This document shows positions 46,196 through 59,245 of a DNA stretch of 64,000 bases, one piece after another. Both the position numbers and the translations under genes were made by a program. This stretch comes from Zygnema circumcarinatum SAG 698-1b (Eukaryota; Plantae; Zygnematophyceae). Numbering within the stretch: the first letter of the stretch is position 1; each line of letters opens with the position of its first letter. The stretch spans positions 1,488,001-1,552,000 of the forward strand of contig CM074808.1 in assembly GCA_037447605.1 (NCBI GenBank), written 5' to 3'. Under the pieces are notes generated by a model. It was not told the DNA's origin. It searched no databases and saw only the letters and a list, made by a program, of their open reading frames with translations.

Positions 46196-46689
46196 GGCGG
46201 TTGCAGATAACGACCGACCCAACTCCACCCTGCTTTTCTTCAAATTTTTAGATGTTCTTCCAGCAGAATAAACAAACTGGCCCCTCCTCCCACTGTGTGT
46301 CAACCTCTACCCCTTTCACAGCAGCAGAGACTAAAGCAACGCCTACGCAGGCACATATTACAGGGTTGAAAGAGACAATGTTGTCCCGCGCGTCCTTTAA
46401 AGCATGGAAGAGTTTTAGGGTTCGCTCCCTTCTGTTCAGTGCCGACACAGCCGCTGGCACGAGCAGGATCTGCATCGCAGGGCCGGCCACGTCGCTGCAG
46501 GGGAGCCGCTGGGCGGGTGGTCGTTCGCTCCGTGGCCTCAGGAGGGCCTCACCTCAAAGGAGCCGCGCAGCACGGCTGTCAAGGAGCCTCCGTGGCGCTG
46601 TGAGAGGACAGTATGAGGGCGTGTGCGGGACGGGTACATGCCCATGGCCTGTGCTATGGTATGGTATGCTATGGTGGGAAAGGAGAAGG

Positions 46690-46730
46690 TAGGGAGTAGG
46701 GAGTAGGGAGTAGGGAGTAGGGAGTAGGGG
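46690..46730. repeat. (TAGGGAG)5 tandem repeat in the divergent promoter between the ABCI and oxidoreductase genes
   Basis: Seen directly; six GGG runs. Confidence 0.9.
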
Positions 46731-46805
46731 TGTGGCATTGTGGAAGTGATAACGTTCAGTCTTCACAACATTTGAATCACAGCAGAGGACGTTCAGGTTC
46801 CAGGA

Positions 46806-49800
46806 ATGCAGGCGCTAGCAGTGCCAACTATGGCTTCTGCTTCCTGCAGTGTACTAGTAGGAGGAAATGGAGCTCTTCTCTTAGCAAATAAGTGTCTCAC
46901 AGCTACGGACCAAGTTTCTGCTTCTAAGCCAGTGCAAATGGTGGCGGGGTCCTCCTTCTGGGGCCAGCCTTCAGCGAGAGTCGTTGTAAGCATTAGGCGC
47001 CGTAGAGGAAAGAGAAGCTGTGCCGGAGCACAGGCTGCAAGCGAGACTTTGGGAGTAGCAGGCAAATCTGTCGGACAAGATGAGGCTAGTGGTAGTAAGG
47101 GCAGCAAGAAGAAAGTTGTGGTGGTAGGCGCGGGCTGGGCAGGACTCGGTGCAGCTCACCATCTTTCAAAGCAGGCATGTGGATTTCATCTCCCTTATGA
47201 CCACATAAGTGGTCTTATGAGCATGCACATGCATCCACTTCCTAACTGTTATAGCTGAACAGCAAGATGCTCTTAATTTATATGGGTGCCGTTCCTTGGG
47301 TTCTGAAGTAGTCTGATTCCGTCATGGAAGTTTAACATGTCAACCTTTTTTAAACTCAACTGGCACATTTGCACTTCAAGGCATTAGCGTCAATGCGTTA
47401 AAAATAGCATGAGTTCATCGGTTGGGAAGCTCTCCATCAGAACAGATTTACAAGTGCCCTGAACCATTGTCTTACTTGAGTGCCAAAAGCCTATACCAAC
47501 ATGTATGATTATCAGTTCTCCTGATAAAAGGTACTGATTTGTTCAGCAACCTGGAATGGGCGATCAATATTCAAAATGCACGAGCTACGAGACGAGGGGT
47601 TTTTGGGTCTATTAAGTAGTGGAAGGATTTCTAGTTGATTTTTATGTCATGGAAGTCTAAGAGCTCTAAATGCTTAGCATAACTGCAACCTTGCTTTTTG
47701 TCACGCATTCATTTGAAGAGCAATCCACCATTTGTCTCGAAAAATCTCATCGACCTTTCTTAGTTCAAGGCATGCGTTTAAAATAGGTGCAGTATCAGGT
47801 CCTTTCATTTTAAGGCAGGACTATCTATTCTAATGTCGCAAGTTAGGACTTGACATGAGTCACATCTTTACAAGGGAAATTAGAAGGCATACATCTACCT
47901 TCGACGCAACGTCACTCACTTGCATGCCATGGGCATTATTAAAGCCATGATATATAAGAAGAAGCATTGTTGCGTAGCTTTATGCTTGTAATTGGTTGGG
48001 ACTACTTATGTGAGGCAAAACATGCTGTTAACCACTTATACGGACTTAGTTGTTCCCACCTTGCTGGAAAGCAAGCCAGTTTAAATGTTTAAAAACCCTA
48101 AAAACCCTAAAAACCCTAAAATGTCCACCCATTTGCTAGGTGATAACTTGTTAGGGTTGCTGTTAGTCCACATTCAACAATTCTGCCTTTAACTCATCTT
48201 TTGTCCTTTGCATTTTGCCATACATACTAGTGTTCCAGCACTATCTTCAATCTCCCCCAGCAGAAGCTCATATTGCACTCCACTTGTTCATACTAGCCTC
48301 CATCTCCATCGTCTGCCATTATCTGATGACTCTTTCACAGACCGCTTCGGCGAGCAGCCTCATGCCATGCTTTTCATCGTAGTCATGCGTTTGCTCTCAG
48401 CCCTTCACCGCATGATGATGCCCACCCCCAAAATGCTTCTCGTTCCCAATGTCGCCAGTAAAGAATCCTTTGTCCTCGTGGTTTCGCAGGGCTTCGACGT
48501 GACCCTCCTGGAGGCGGGCCCGCAGCCGGGAGGTCTCGTGGCCGGGTGGAAAAGCGACTCGGGGAAGTCTGTGGAGGTCGGAATACATGGTGAGGCTGCT
48601 TCCCTTGTGCGGCCCCTTCCCATGCATGGGTGGTATCTCACAATATCCTCTTGGCTAAACTTGAAAAGGAGGCTGTTTTTTTTATGAAGTCGCAAGGAGA
48701 GCGAGCGAGCGAGCGAGAGAGAGAGAGAGAGAGGGAGAGAGAGAGAGGGAGAGAGAGAGAGAGAGAGAGCGGGAGAGAGAGAGAGAGGGAGAGAGAGAGA
48801 GAGAGAGAGTCATCCTGAGGGATTTGCGCAGCCTGGGGGTGAAAGAGCGGCCTGGCAGGATTTTGGTACCCGTATCGGAATATTTTTGCTTTAACCGACG
48901 AGCTGGGACTGAAGCCGTTCACGGATTGGACAAAGTCAAGCCAATATTCACCTTACGGCTTGGAGGTTTTCCCCTCTCCGTTTGCTCCGTTCTTGAAAGC
49001 AGCAATACGCGGGAGTATGAATGGTTTTGACTCATGATTTTCACTTTGTAGAGAAGTATGCAATGTAGCAGTTATTGGACTCCCATTTCTTTTTCTCTCC
49101 TTTTCTGCCCAGGTGGAGTCCCCTATTTTCCAGGAGATGCCTCGCCTTCCTAGCCCATTGGGCACTTTCGTGTGGACCCAGGTGCAGCCTCCCTTCAAAG
49201 AAATATGTGAAACCTAACTTCAGGTGTTTCCTCACCATTTGTCTTCCTGTTCACTTTCTTGCTCTAATTATACTACCATGAAAGGCACGCGTTCCTTTAC
49301 CTTTACCAAATCCTTTGAATCGAAATAGCACCTGTGTGACTCTCGTTGAGAGTATCAATACCTTAATTGTGTGGAAACGTGTTCCAAAAGTATTCTGAAT
49401 AGAAGCGTGTTTGTGCAGTTCAAGCGGCTGCCATTGGCTGATCGGCTCACTGCACTGCCTCTGATGTATGCAGGTTGGTGTGCCCTAACTATCATACCCT
49501 CTTCCCCTCTCTCTCCCTCTCTCTCCCTTTTTCTCTCTCTCTCTCCCACCCCCCCCCTCTCCTTTCCTAGGGACTTTCATTTGTGATAACGGCATTGTTG
49601 GCACTCTAAAAATAAACAGTGGCTCCCACAGCGGAGGATATGAGCCGTAAAGTTGGCAGCTTCCACTTTCAAACATTCAGCTCAGAGTTGTTTTTGGGAT
49701 ATTTTCAAGCTGACTAAGTGGACCACACCATTAACTGAGTCTATTTCCAATTGGAATCATGGCACTGAAATCAATTCTGCCTTCTTCTGCCTCTGCTTGC

Positions 49801-52202
49801 CCAGTTGTGGACTTTGACAACAGTGACGATGCGTGGCAGCGTTACGACAAAAGTACGTGTTCAATTCATGGACCCTTCCTTCCTAGCACGCACAGACTAA
49901 CGTGACGTTTCCCTTCTTCATCACATACGATCTGGGGAAACTCTAACACCACGCAGTCCTTTCCCTTTCCCAACCTAATAGCAAATGACTCCCGGAACTA
50001 CAAATAGAACTAAGAGAAGCCTTAGATAAAGCTTCGACAATGGTGAGGAGGCTGATGACTATGAAGCGGTGGGGGGGGGCAGTGACTGCCCGCGAGCTGT
50101 TCCGTGCGTACGGCTGCTCCTCGCGCGTGTACGAGGAGGCCTTCAACCCGATGCTGCTCGTCGGCCTCTTCGCGCCCGGGGAACAGTGCAGCGCCGCGGC
50201 GGCTCTCGGGATGCTCTACTACTTCATCCTTGCGCACCAGGTGAGGGAGGGGAGGGAGGGAAAGAGGGAAAGAGGGAGGGAGGGAGGGAGGGAGGGAGAG
50301 NNNNNNNNNNGGGACGGTTCGGTTATGTTTGCACGATGCGAAAGGGGGCCCTGAGAATTACTTGAAGAGGGATGATGTTTGTGAAATGCGACGAAGAACT
50401 TATTTTCCTTCCTTGACCACTCTGTTGGGATGTGGAAGGAGGGGTGACAACTGCAGGCAGACTTTGATGTGGTGTGGTGTCGCGGAACAGTGGGAGATCA
50501 GATTTTCAGGCCCTGGGTGGAGCAGATATCTCGGCAGGGAGGCCGATTTTTGGCGAACAGGAGAGTGACAGATTTAATAGAGGACAGCAGCACAGGGCGG
50601 ATCACGGGAGTCAAATGCGGGGCGGAAGAGTTTGAAGCAGACGCAGTGGTCTTCGCTGTGGGAATAAACGGAATGCAGCGAATCGTTGAGAGCAGGTCAT
50701 GAGATAACCTTTCAGCTGCCTCGCCTTCGTTGGTGTTCGTTTCAGTTTTCTGTTTTGGGTTTTGCTGAATGGGGTTTGTGAGTGGGGGGTGTAACAGCGC
50801 TGTGCTGAAGAAGCGTGAGGAGTTTGCAAACACTTCCAACTTGGGGGCAGTTGATGTGTTGGCAGTGCGGCTGTGGTTGGATCGCAAAGTAAGGGGACGA
50901 TATCCTTTCGACTATTTGTTTCGGGCGCATGTGCATGTGGGTGACATTTCTTAATATGACCGACCTATGAATGTTGCTCCCAACACTCGCCTCGATTGTA
51001 TCGTTTCTGTACTTTACCTGGCAGGTGCCCATACCCAAACCTAGCAATGCCTGCTTTGGATTCGACACAACGACCGGGTGGACGTTCTTTGACCTAAACG
51101 CGCTGCATGACGAGTTCAAAGACGAGCCCGGGACAGTGGTCGAGGCAGACTTTGTGAGTCTTTTTCTCTGTGCCCTTCTTGCATTGCAGCCCCTTTTGCG
51201 GGTTTGCTTCTATGCTGAACTTTGCACAAATTTTCATATGAGTGTAGTGAACTTGGTATGAAATTTTGACAACCTGACTGTGAGGAAGCTTCTCACTGCC
51301 GTTGCCCTGCCCTGCCCTGCAGTATCATGCGAACCAGTTTCTGCCCATGAGCGATGATGCCATTGTGGCCAAAGTGCAGTCCTACCTCGCCACATGCATC
51401 CCCGAGTTCGGCAAAGCGGCAGTGCTCGACCGGGCGGTGGTGCGCTTCAGAAGGGCAGTGACACACTTCTTTCCAGGTGGGCCTTTAGGGTTTCTAGGGA
51501 TGGTCAGAAGAGCGGACTACAGTATTCCGAGTTGCCTTCAGGGTTCTACGTTTGCATGTGAAAGAATATTGGTTTGAAATCCTAGTCAAACTACCATGTG
51601 CTATGAGTGAACGCAATTTGAACAGCAAGCATAGAGGCACGGAAGAGAGGTCCTGGGAAAGGCACAGGAGGTGATGGAATTCTGAAACAAAGCTGGTAAG
51701 TTGGGGAAAATCATCCCTCGTTCGAACCCTGTACTCGCCTGAGAGCTTGGTAAGTGTTTTGAGAATGATGTGAGGACGACTCTGTGCGGAGTGCAGGCTC
51801 CTACCAGTACCTTCTAAGGGGGACCACGAGCTTCAGCAATCTGTTCATGTCGGGCGATTGGATCATCACCAACCACGGGTCGTGGTCCCAGGCATGCTCT
51901 CCCTCTGTTTGGAAACCATTGCTTGTTTGGGACATGAATTGCAGTTGGGGGAGACTGAGGTCTTTAAAATGTGAGTAATACTCACTTGAAGGAGCTGGGC
52001 CTGTGCGAGTGTGGAGCAGGAGAAGGCCTTCGTGACGGGCCTTGAAGCAGCCAACCGGGTGATAGCCCTCCTTGGGGAGGGCGAGCCTGCCCGCCTCGTT
52101 CCTGTGGAGGAGGACGAGCCCCATGTGAGGCAGCTGCGGACTGTGAACAAGGCGGCAAGGGAAGTCCTGTCCATGGCGCCATTCAGCAACATGTTTTTGT
52201 AG
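46806..52202 (+). CDS. Plastid FAD-dependent oxidoreductase (amine oxidase / phytoene-desaturase-like family); about 13 exons
   Basis: Rossmann motif VVVVGAGWAGLGAAHHLSKQ / GFDVTLLEA...GGLVAGW / GFWYPYRNIF / VESPIFQEMPRLPSPLG / FAPGEQCSAAAALGMLYYFILAHQ / ADFDVVWCRG / AVTHFFPG / SFSNLFMSGDWIITNHGSWSQ / EKAFVTGLEAANRV. Confidence 0.92.
48090..48121. repeat. (TAAAAACCC)3 telomere-like repeat (TTTTTAGGG) in intron 1 of the oxidoreductase
   Basis: Seen directly. Confidence 0.8.
48705..48810. repeat. (GA)n-rich microsatellite, intronic
   Basis: Seen directly. Confidence 0.9.
50301..50310. other. Assembly gap (10 N) in a purine tract within an intron
   Basis: N bases. Confidence 0.99.
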
Positions 52203-52749
52203 CGCTGCTCTCGCCTTCATCGCGCTCCATCATTCTTTTGTTGTTTATTTTATGTTTGTCTTGTTGGGTTTCTTCGATTCTTTTATTTGCGCTAAAAAAT
52301 CTTATTGAAAAACAACTGTTTTTGAAAAACACGCGTCGTTGAAAAGGTGTACTGCACTGGATTTTACACTTACCTAAAAAAAAAAATCATATACATTTTG
52401 TGTTCCTGGCGGGGTAGCGACTGCTTTCCAATTTCCTTTCAGTGTTGTGCCGTTCCGTAGTCATGAATGGTTTCGCCCACACTCCGCCTTTCGTTCAACA
52501 TCTTCCATACCCTCGCGCATTCGAACAACAACATTTACCCCCCACATGCATGCGTTCATGCTTGCGCTCCGCGTGTTCAACAAATCCCAAAACGTTACGT
52601 CGCCTGCGAGGTGTGAACGCGCGCACTGCTCTTCGCTATTTGAGGTCAGCGCTGACCGCCCTCTGCAGCCGTACACACTGGATGTCGTGGCCGTACGAAA
52701 CCAGGTACGGAATGCACGATCGACCGTACATGTACGGCGGGACCGAGGG

Positions 52750-52840
52750 CGAGGGATGGAGAGAGAGAGTGCGAGAGGGAGAGGGGGAGGGAGAGGGAGA
52801 GGGAGAGGGAGAGGGAGAGGGAGAGGGAGAGGGAGGGAGT
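52750..52840. repeat. (GAGGGA)n microsatellite in the leader of the root-cap-domain gene
   Basis: Seen directly. Confidence 0.9.
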
Positions 52841-52887
52841 GGGAAATTGCAAGAAAGGAGGAGACCAGTTTCTGTGGTTCAAGAGCC

Positions 52888-54557
52888 ATGGCGGCGTCTC
52901 GCTCCGTCAGCCTCGGTGCACTCGTCTGCAGTTCTCTTCTGTGCCTAAGCAGGTGAGTGTCACAACGTTTTGGAGACACGGCAATGCATTTGATTGTCTG
53001 ATGGATTTCCTGAAGTGGTTGGGAGGGGTGCTGCTTTTGGACTTGGGGGCCTTGGACGCACGTTAGAAAGAATGGTTGTAGAATCTGCATAGCGCTGGTT
53101 GGTGTTGAGCTTGGGATGTTGTTTGCCTGTAAAGGTTCGCCACTGCGAAGAAGCTTTAGGGTATTGCTGATGCCTGGTGAGGTGTAACGGCTGGTCGATG
53201 AAGCTGACAACGCATTTTGTTCTTTTCGTTCTAACATGCACGCGTTAAGAAAATTCTGACAGACGTCTCAGTGCAGCTTGGGAGCCGTACATGGAGACCC
53301 GTCAACTTCGAGCGACAATAATCTATCCAAAGGTAGTGCTGACATTGTTGTTGCTGGATGGACAACTCCACTTAATCTCAGCACACTTATTTATAACATT
53401 ATTTCAGTCCTCGATGGTTGCTCTTGGATATCCTCGTTTCGTGGGTGGGCGAGGCATATCTTAAGAGCGTGTGGTTATTGAGAGAGTGCGACGTGTCTTG
53501 TTTTTTGCTGGCATTGTTAATTTAACGATTTAATTAGCAAGGTGTGCATCTCCACTGGAGTTAACTTGGTGCTTTCATCCTTTGTGAGTGCCAGATCAGG
53601 GCTTGGTGGCCATTGTGCCACGAAGTTTTTGCCTCCTTACAGATAGGGACCTCCACATCAACATGCTTCTGAGCGGCTATCATGCTTCCGGCGGGCAGGA
53701 TGTTAGGTCCTCTGAGACCGAGGTAGTTCGCTCTTGGATTAGGTGAGACTGTTATCTCCAGGACATTACTGCCAATCGCTAGCCATGTCGAAGGATGAAT
53801 TCCACGGGTCTGCAGACAATGACAACACATACTTTTGTTTACGTTGCAGGGAGCTAGCCATTTTTTGGACCAAAGGTGGGAAATCCCATTCATTGGTGCT
53901 CGCTGCACGCCGTGGCCCAAACCAGGAGAGGGAGGAAGGCTACTTGCAATCACTGACGGTTGACGGAACTGCTCTTCCCCGCCTCAGTCTGGGTGACGAG
54001 GCCAGCCTTTTTGATGGTGATGCATCAGTGTCCTTCGAGGCTTATGAGAAGTCTGGACCTTTTGATGTGGACGTCTACAGAATCCAAATCGATGGCTTGT
54101 TTGAAGGAGAGGTTCGACTTCGGATCGCTAGCCCCCTCCTTCAGGAGGAGGGGGATGCTGAGGTTCACATGAATCTCGACATTTTGGATTTGCAGTACAC
54201 CCCTGCTGTCAATGGAGTGATTGGGCAGTCATATCAGGACAGCAGGTACAGTACAACCTTGTTTCCTTGGTGGCTTTGGCTCAGGGCTCATCCTGCAGCA
54301 TACCTGTCAATCTAGAAAAGTTCTTTCTTTTTTTAAATTCTTCCCACTGCCACGTTTCCGACTGACAAAATTTTGTGTAACGCAGCTCTGAGCAATCCCT
54401 CGACTACTCAAGACTGGGCTTGATGGCGTCTCCGGCGCAGTTGGAGCACGTCCAGGGTTACGTTGCATCCAGCCTCATGGCAACTGACTGTGCTGTTTCC
54501 CAATACGCCCACAAGCAGGTGGACTCGGCAGAAGACTCAGCTGTGGCCACAGCGTGA
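52888..54557 (+). CDS. Secreted root-cap / LEA-related domain protein (vWD-like)
   Basis: Signal peptide MAASRSVSLGALVCSSLLCLS, then SFCLLTDRDLHINMLLSGY...RSWIR / ELAIFW...LVLAARRG...PFDVDVYRIQIDGL...EVHMNLDILDLQYTPAVNGVIGQSY / YVASSLMATDCAVSQY. These are recalled conserved blocks of the root-cap domain family. Confidence 0.8.
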
Positions 54558-55141
54558 GCTTTAAGCTGTTTCGATCAGTGGTGTCCGCGGACGCTCGTCA
54601 ACCGGAACTTCTCAATATCATCGACGGTGTTTTAATTTTGAGGTAGTGCTGATCCTTTCATTAAACGGCATGCTGAAGACCCCACGTCGAACAAAGCCCA
54701 CAGGAGAAAATGGTGGGCACGAATAAGGCTGAAGTTCTGTAGAAATCCTGTGTCAATAATTGCCGAGGCATTTCAAGGAGCTCAGGCAAAGCCAACGTTC
54801 AAAGGCTTGAGCTCATTTGTCTCAGGACTTCAGCATAGCCACATGGAGGATTTTCTGCAGCGTGTCGCCAGAGTTTTTTATTCAAAATCTGTAAACTTAT
54901 CTCGCGGGAGTAGTTAGAACCGGGACAGATGCAGATGAACATCTGCTTCTGACACATTCCGCGGAACTCGGGTTGTATTATTTATTTGTTTTTATAAATT
55001 GTCCGTTTTGAATGAAAACTGCGAAACAGAGCAATGAATAGTACTGAACTAATTTTTTTACTACGCTGTAACTGCAAAGAGGCACGTCGCAATCTGCAGA
55101 CACACCGCAGCCTTCACGTGAACAGTTGGAAATTGGAAAGA

Positions 55142-55243
55142 AAAAATTGAAGTGGGTTGTGGCTACTACTACTCATTGTCTGGAATTGAGACAAAAATTG
55201 AAGTGGGTTGTGGCTACTACTACTCATTGTCTGGAATTGAGAC
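55142..55243. repeat. Perfect 51-bp tandem duplication
   Basis: AAAAATTGAAGTGGGTTGTGGCTACTACTACTCATTGTCTGGAATTGAGAC twice (55142-55192 and 55193-55243). Confidence 0.95.
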
Positions 55244-55778
55244 GTCCAGCACCCAGGTCAACAACGCAGCCGTGGATGCAAAAGAAAGCGTGAAAAGTGA
55301 AGGGAAAATGCCCTTCAAGCCATTTGCAATGAATCCACATCTGCTTGCCAAAGCTGGCGGCGGCAAGCTGCAGTGCATCTGGCTCTGCCAAAGTCAACTC
55401 TTGGATCCGCGCCCAAAGCTGAAACTCAAACAGCTCGCTACTTGTCTCGTTTTGAGGTGTGCAAAATGTCATCCGGGTCGGACTGCACCATCAAGAGCTC
55501 GGAGAAGAGATAATGGGTGCAGGTGTTCGCAGTCCCTATTTGCCTTCCACTCTCACTGGCAGCGAAGTCTCACACAGCATGTTGACTGGCTGTATGACTT
55601 TGGACGAACAAGTCGCAAATCTCTGAAACTGAACCGCAGAGACGAGAAGCCACAGCAGAAGGCAGGCCATTTGCTTATGTATTCAGAAATGCTTTCATGT
55701 AGCGAGCCCTGTGAATCAGCCATAGTTATGGGTCAAGTAAACGCAGCCATTACCTTCGACTCCGCGAGCACCGGACGG

Positions 55779-58700
55779 CTACTGCAGGCCAAACCCCGTT
55801 GCGTTCTGAATTGCAAGCTTGAGTCGCCCTTCAAGCTTTTCCTTGGATGAGTATTCCGGCAGCATGAGGACATTGAAGCATGTATGGGCAGTCGGCAACC
55901 TGCACATAGTGCACTCCCACTCATGTTACCACTGAAGGCAGGCCACAAGGTAGACCTGATTGACCTGAAACGCAGAAGGAAAGTTTGAAAACTCAACTCA
56001 ACTCAACTCAACTCAAGTTGAGTTTGAGTTTGAAAGTTGAGCCTCTGGACTATGAGTGGTCTACACGCCCTACTCAGTGAAGCACAACAGTCAGGCAATA
56101 AATGAAATAGAGAGGAGAGATGTATGCATGTACCGATCAGTATCGGGCCCATTCCGCATGACGATGAAGTTGAGAGAGCCAAGCCCTCCTATTGGGGATC
56201 GGTCATTGCCTGTGGAAAAGAAAAGAAGCTTCTTCTTGTCCTCCAGCGGCATGTGATGGACCTGTCTCACACCCCTCCAAATTACACATGCTCATCCGCA
56301 TTCAGACTGTCCAACAAGCCGGAGAACGGTGAGGGCATCCTAAACAAAACGCAGAGACAGTTTAAGCTGAGGCTGAAGTCAGCGATTTCGGCCGCTCACC
56401 AGCTCCCAAAACCACTTCACAACTTGTGAATCAGCGGTGAAGCCTCCCTCGTAGTGCGTTACTTGCTGAAGGGCCTTCATTACCAACAAGAGCCACACTC
56501 ACCCTCTACCTTCAGTCCTGAATATGCCCTCCATTTGCAGCCGCTTCTATGAGGCATCATCCACTTCCCAACGCTGCTGCTATGCTTTGGATCAGGCCAC
56601 CAACATTCCTAAGTGCTGCAACAGGGATCTGCAGAGCGACATGGCTCCCTAGCTGACTGCGAAAAGGAAAAGTGGAAGGAAGAAGGGCTCTATGCGAATG
56701 CTGACCGCAAAGTCAAAGTGTGGAAGGCCACACACAAGGAGTTCCAACTCTTCTGCGCGGAATAAGCTGAGGGCAGGCCCTCCACAAACCTGACAGAACA
56801 AATCGGCAGCACATTTTCAAGCCCTCAGTGTATCCACATTCCTTGTTTCTGAATCGCATTGTCCACGGTAGTGATGGGTGTGTGAGTATATCCATGAATC
56901 TGTGAAGCTCACTGCTGTGCTACAGGCACAGAACTGCTATCAACACACATGTGACGGTAGAGCTACAACTCTGGGCAAACCTGGACATTTCCTAAAGGTC
57001 AACCTCATGAATCACAGAATCCCAGAACCTTCCGCAATGCCTGAGAAAGAACTGAAGATAGAATCACAACAAACACAATTTTATCATGCAATGGAGTGAA
57101 GGAGTCAAAAGAACGGCAGCCAACCTGCAGAAACCCGCGACTGAAGGCAGCAAACTGTTCCTTAACTGATTCGTCAAGGACATAGTTCACATACAATTCC
57201 ACGTATCTGCGAAACAAACGATTGGTCAGTCAGTGATGCGGGGATGAACCGGAAATGAACCTTGCGAATGGACCGACTTGAGGAGGGAACTTACCTCTGC
57301 CGGTTCTCATTTGTCACTATGGTGTTGCCTCCATCGGGAAGCAAATCATAGGTCCGCATCTCTCCAAAATATTCATACTCCACCTGCGAAAGTGGCCCCC
57401 AACAAAGAAAGATTGCTGAAGCAGGCTATCCCAATTAATAGTGTAATAGTATGCGAAATGAGGACAAGGTTAGTAAACGTTATGCCGGTCCCAAAAGTTG
57501 CCCCAAATGCAGACCTGGAAAGTCTGAGCCATGGCTGCTGCAACATCTCCTTCAAACTCGAGAAGTTTTTGCAGTCCTCGTCCGAGTTGAGGGTTCGCCT
57601 CTTTGAGGTCTTCCAAACCCAGCGTCTCCCCCACCAGCTTCTTATACACCGCCTGATCGGAGACGGAAAAAAAAAAAAAAAAAAAAAAATCCATTACAGT
57701 TGGAGATCAGAATGTTGGTATAATGAAACCGCGATTCTGTTTTTTTGAAATGAGAGAACGACACTGTACACAAGATCAAACAGAGAGGAGAGAGGAGAGA
57801 GGAGAATGCACCATAGGAAAGTGCACGTCCAGAATGATGCCATTGTATATAGCGAGGCCAAGAGCAACCCCCACCTGCATATAAAAAGATAGGCACTGCA
57901 TCAGCTTTCTAACATCCTGCTGTATATGACATGTTGAGTTTAAGTTTTGGGATCAATGCCTCACTGAGACTATTTTAGATCCCCTTGTGTTTAGTGTGAC
58001 AATTAGTGTGAGTGTATATCTAGTGCGGTCCACACAGTCAGAGAGATAAGCCGATAGAAAAAACAAGACGAGTTTGCAACTAGAGTGGGTCACATTGAAA
58101 CCGGTAAACGGTGTAATTCCGTAATTCCTTCGTAATGGAAGTAAAAGTGAATGGTTTGGGGAAGATGTCACCAGTTGGAATTCGAGCTCCGATTCCATTG
58201 ACTTGCCATCGAACCAGAAAGAACGAGACTCCTCGTCGTATACAAACATACCTGAACCCAAAAGTGACCCTAAAACCCTGAGTCATGGACTTATTCTGCT
58301 GGGGTTTTAGCGCTTTAGATTCTCTACAAACCCGCTGGGTATCCATTCTAAATGCATAACAAAGACGTGGCCCAACTGGTTCCTTTTCTTGTTCAAAATG
58401 TTTCGTTTCTCAGAATGGGCAAAAAGCTGCATCTGAAAGTGGAATGGGGGTTGAAAGTTAGGCAGGAAGGCACCATAGCTAACGTTGAAGAGGTCGCGAA
58501 TGAGCAGCTGAAAAAACTCTTTAGCCACTCCTCCTTCATCCACAGCATCCTCTCCACTGAACACCACCTGCATCATTGCGCATGTCACAACTCCCGATTT
58601 GGTAGTCAACGAGTATATGCATGATTTTCCAGAATGTGAAGCTTTGTGAGATAACCACGAAAAGCAGGAGAAGCAGCCAATGTTCCCAAGCAGTCACCGA

Positions 58701-59208
58701 CCTTGAGCGGCTTCTTCAGATCGTACGGATGAGCCGCGAGCTGTTGCAACGCGTCGTGGACCAATGCCTCTCGTCGAACCTGTCCACTTCCTCCCTCTTC
58801 TTCAGTTCTCGTCCTTTGAAAAAACAAAAAAAAAAAAAACGCCCAGAATGGGGGTGAATTGATGTTCAAATTATACACATGTGAATCCATACTTCATGCA
58901 TGCGTGCATGCATGCATACATAGAGAGTGTGCAGATAGGACAAACGCGAGTGCGCACTGACAGTGATGAGGAGGACGGGCAGCGTCTGCGCGTGTCCGAA
59001 CACGTGTTGCACGACGGACGCCCGCACGTGCCGGCCCTTCTCCAGGGCGGCCTCGCCCTGCAGCCCACAAACTAGGAAGGAAAACTGAAGTCGAGGGGAG
59101 ACCATAACTTGGAATGCAGAGAGAGCGAGAGGGAGAGAGAGAGAAGGAGACGAAAGAGAGAGGGGAGAGAGAGAGAGAGGGAGAGGGAGAGCGAGGGAAA
59201 GAGGGGGG

Positions 59209-59245
<37 letters not shown>

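Noticed and set aside
55152-55850. 232-aa + strand ORF
   Set aside because: Starts at a non-ATG codon inside the 51-bp duplication, overlaps the HERC 3' end antisense, and has no recognisable domain.
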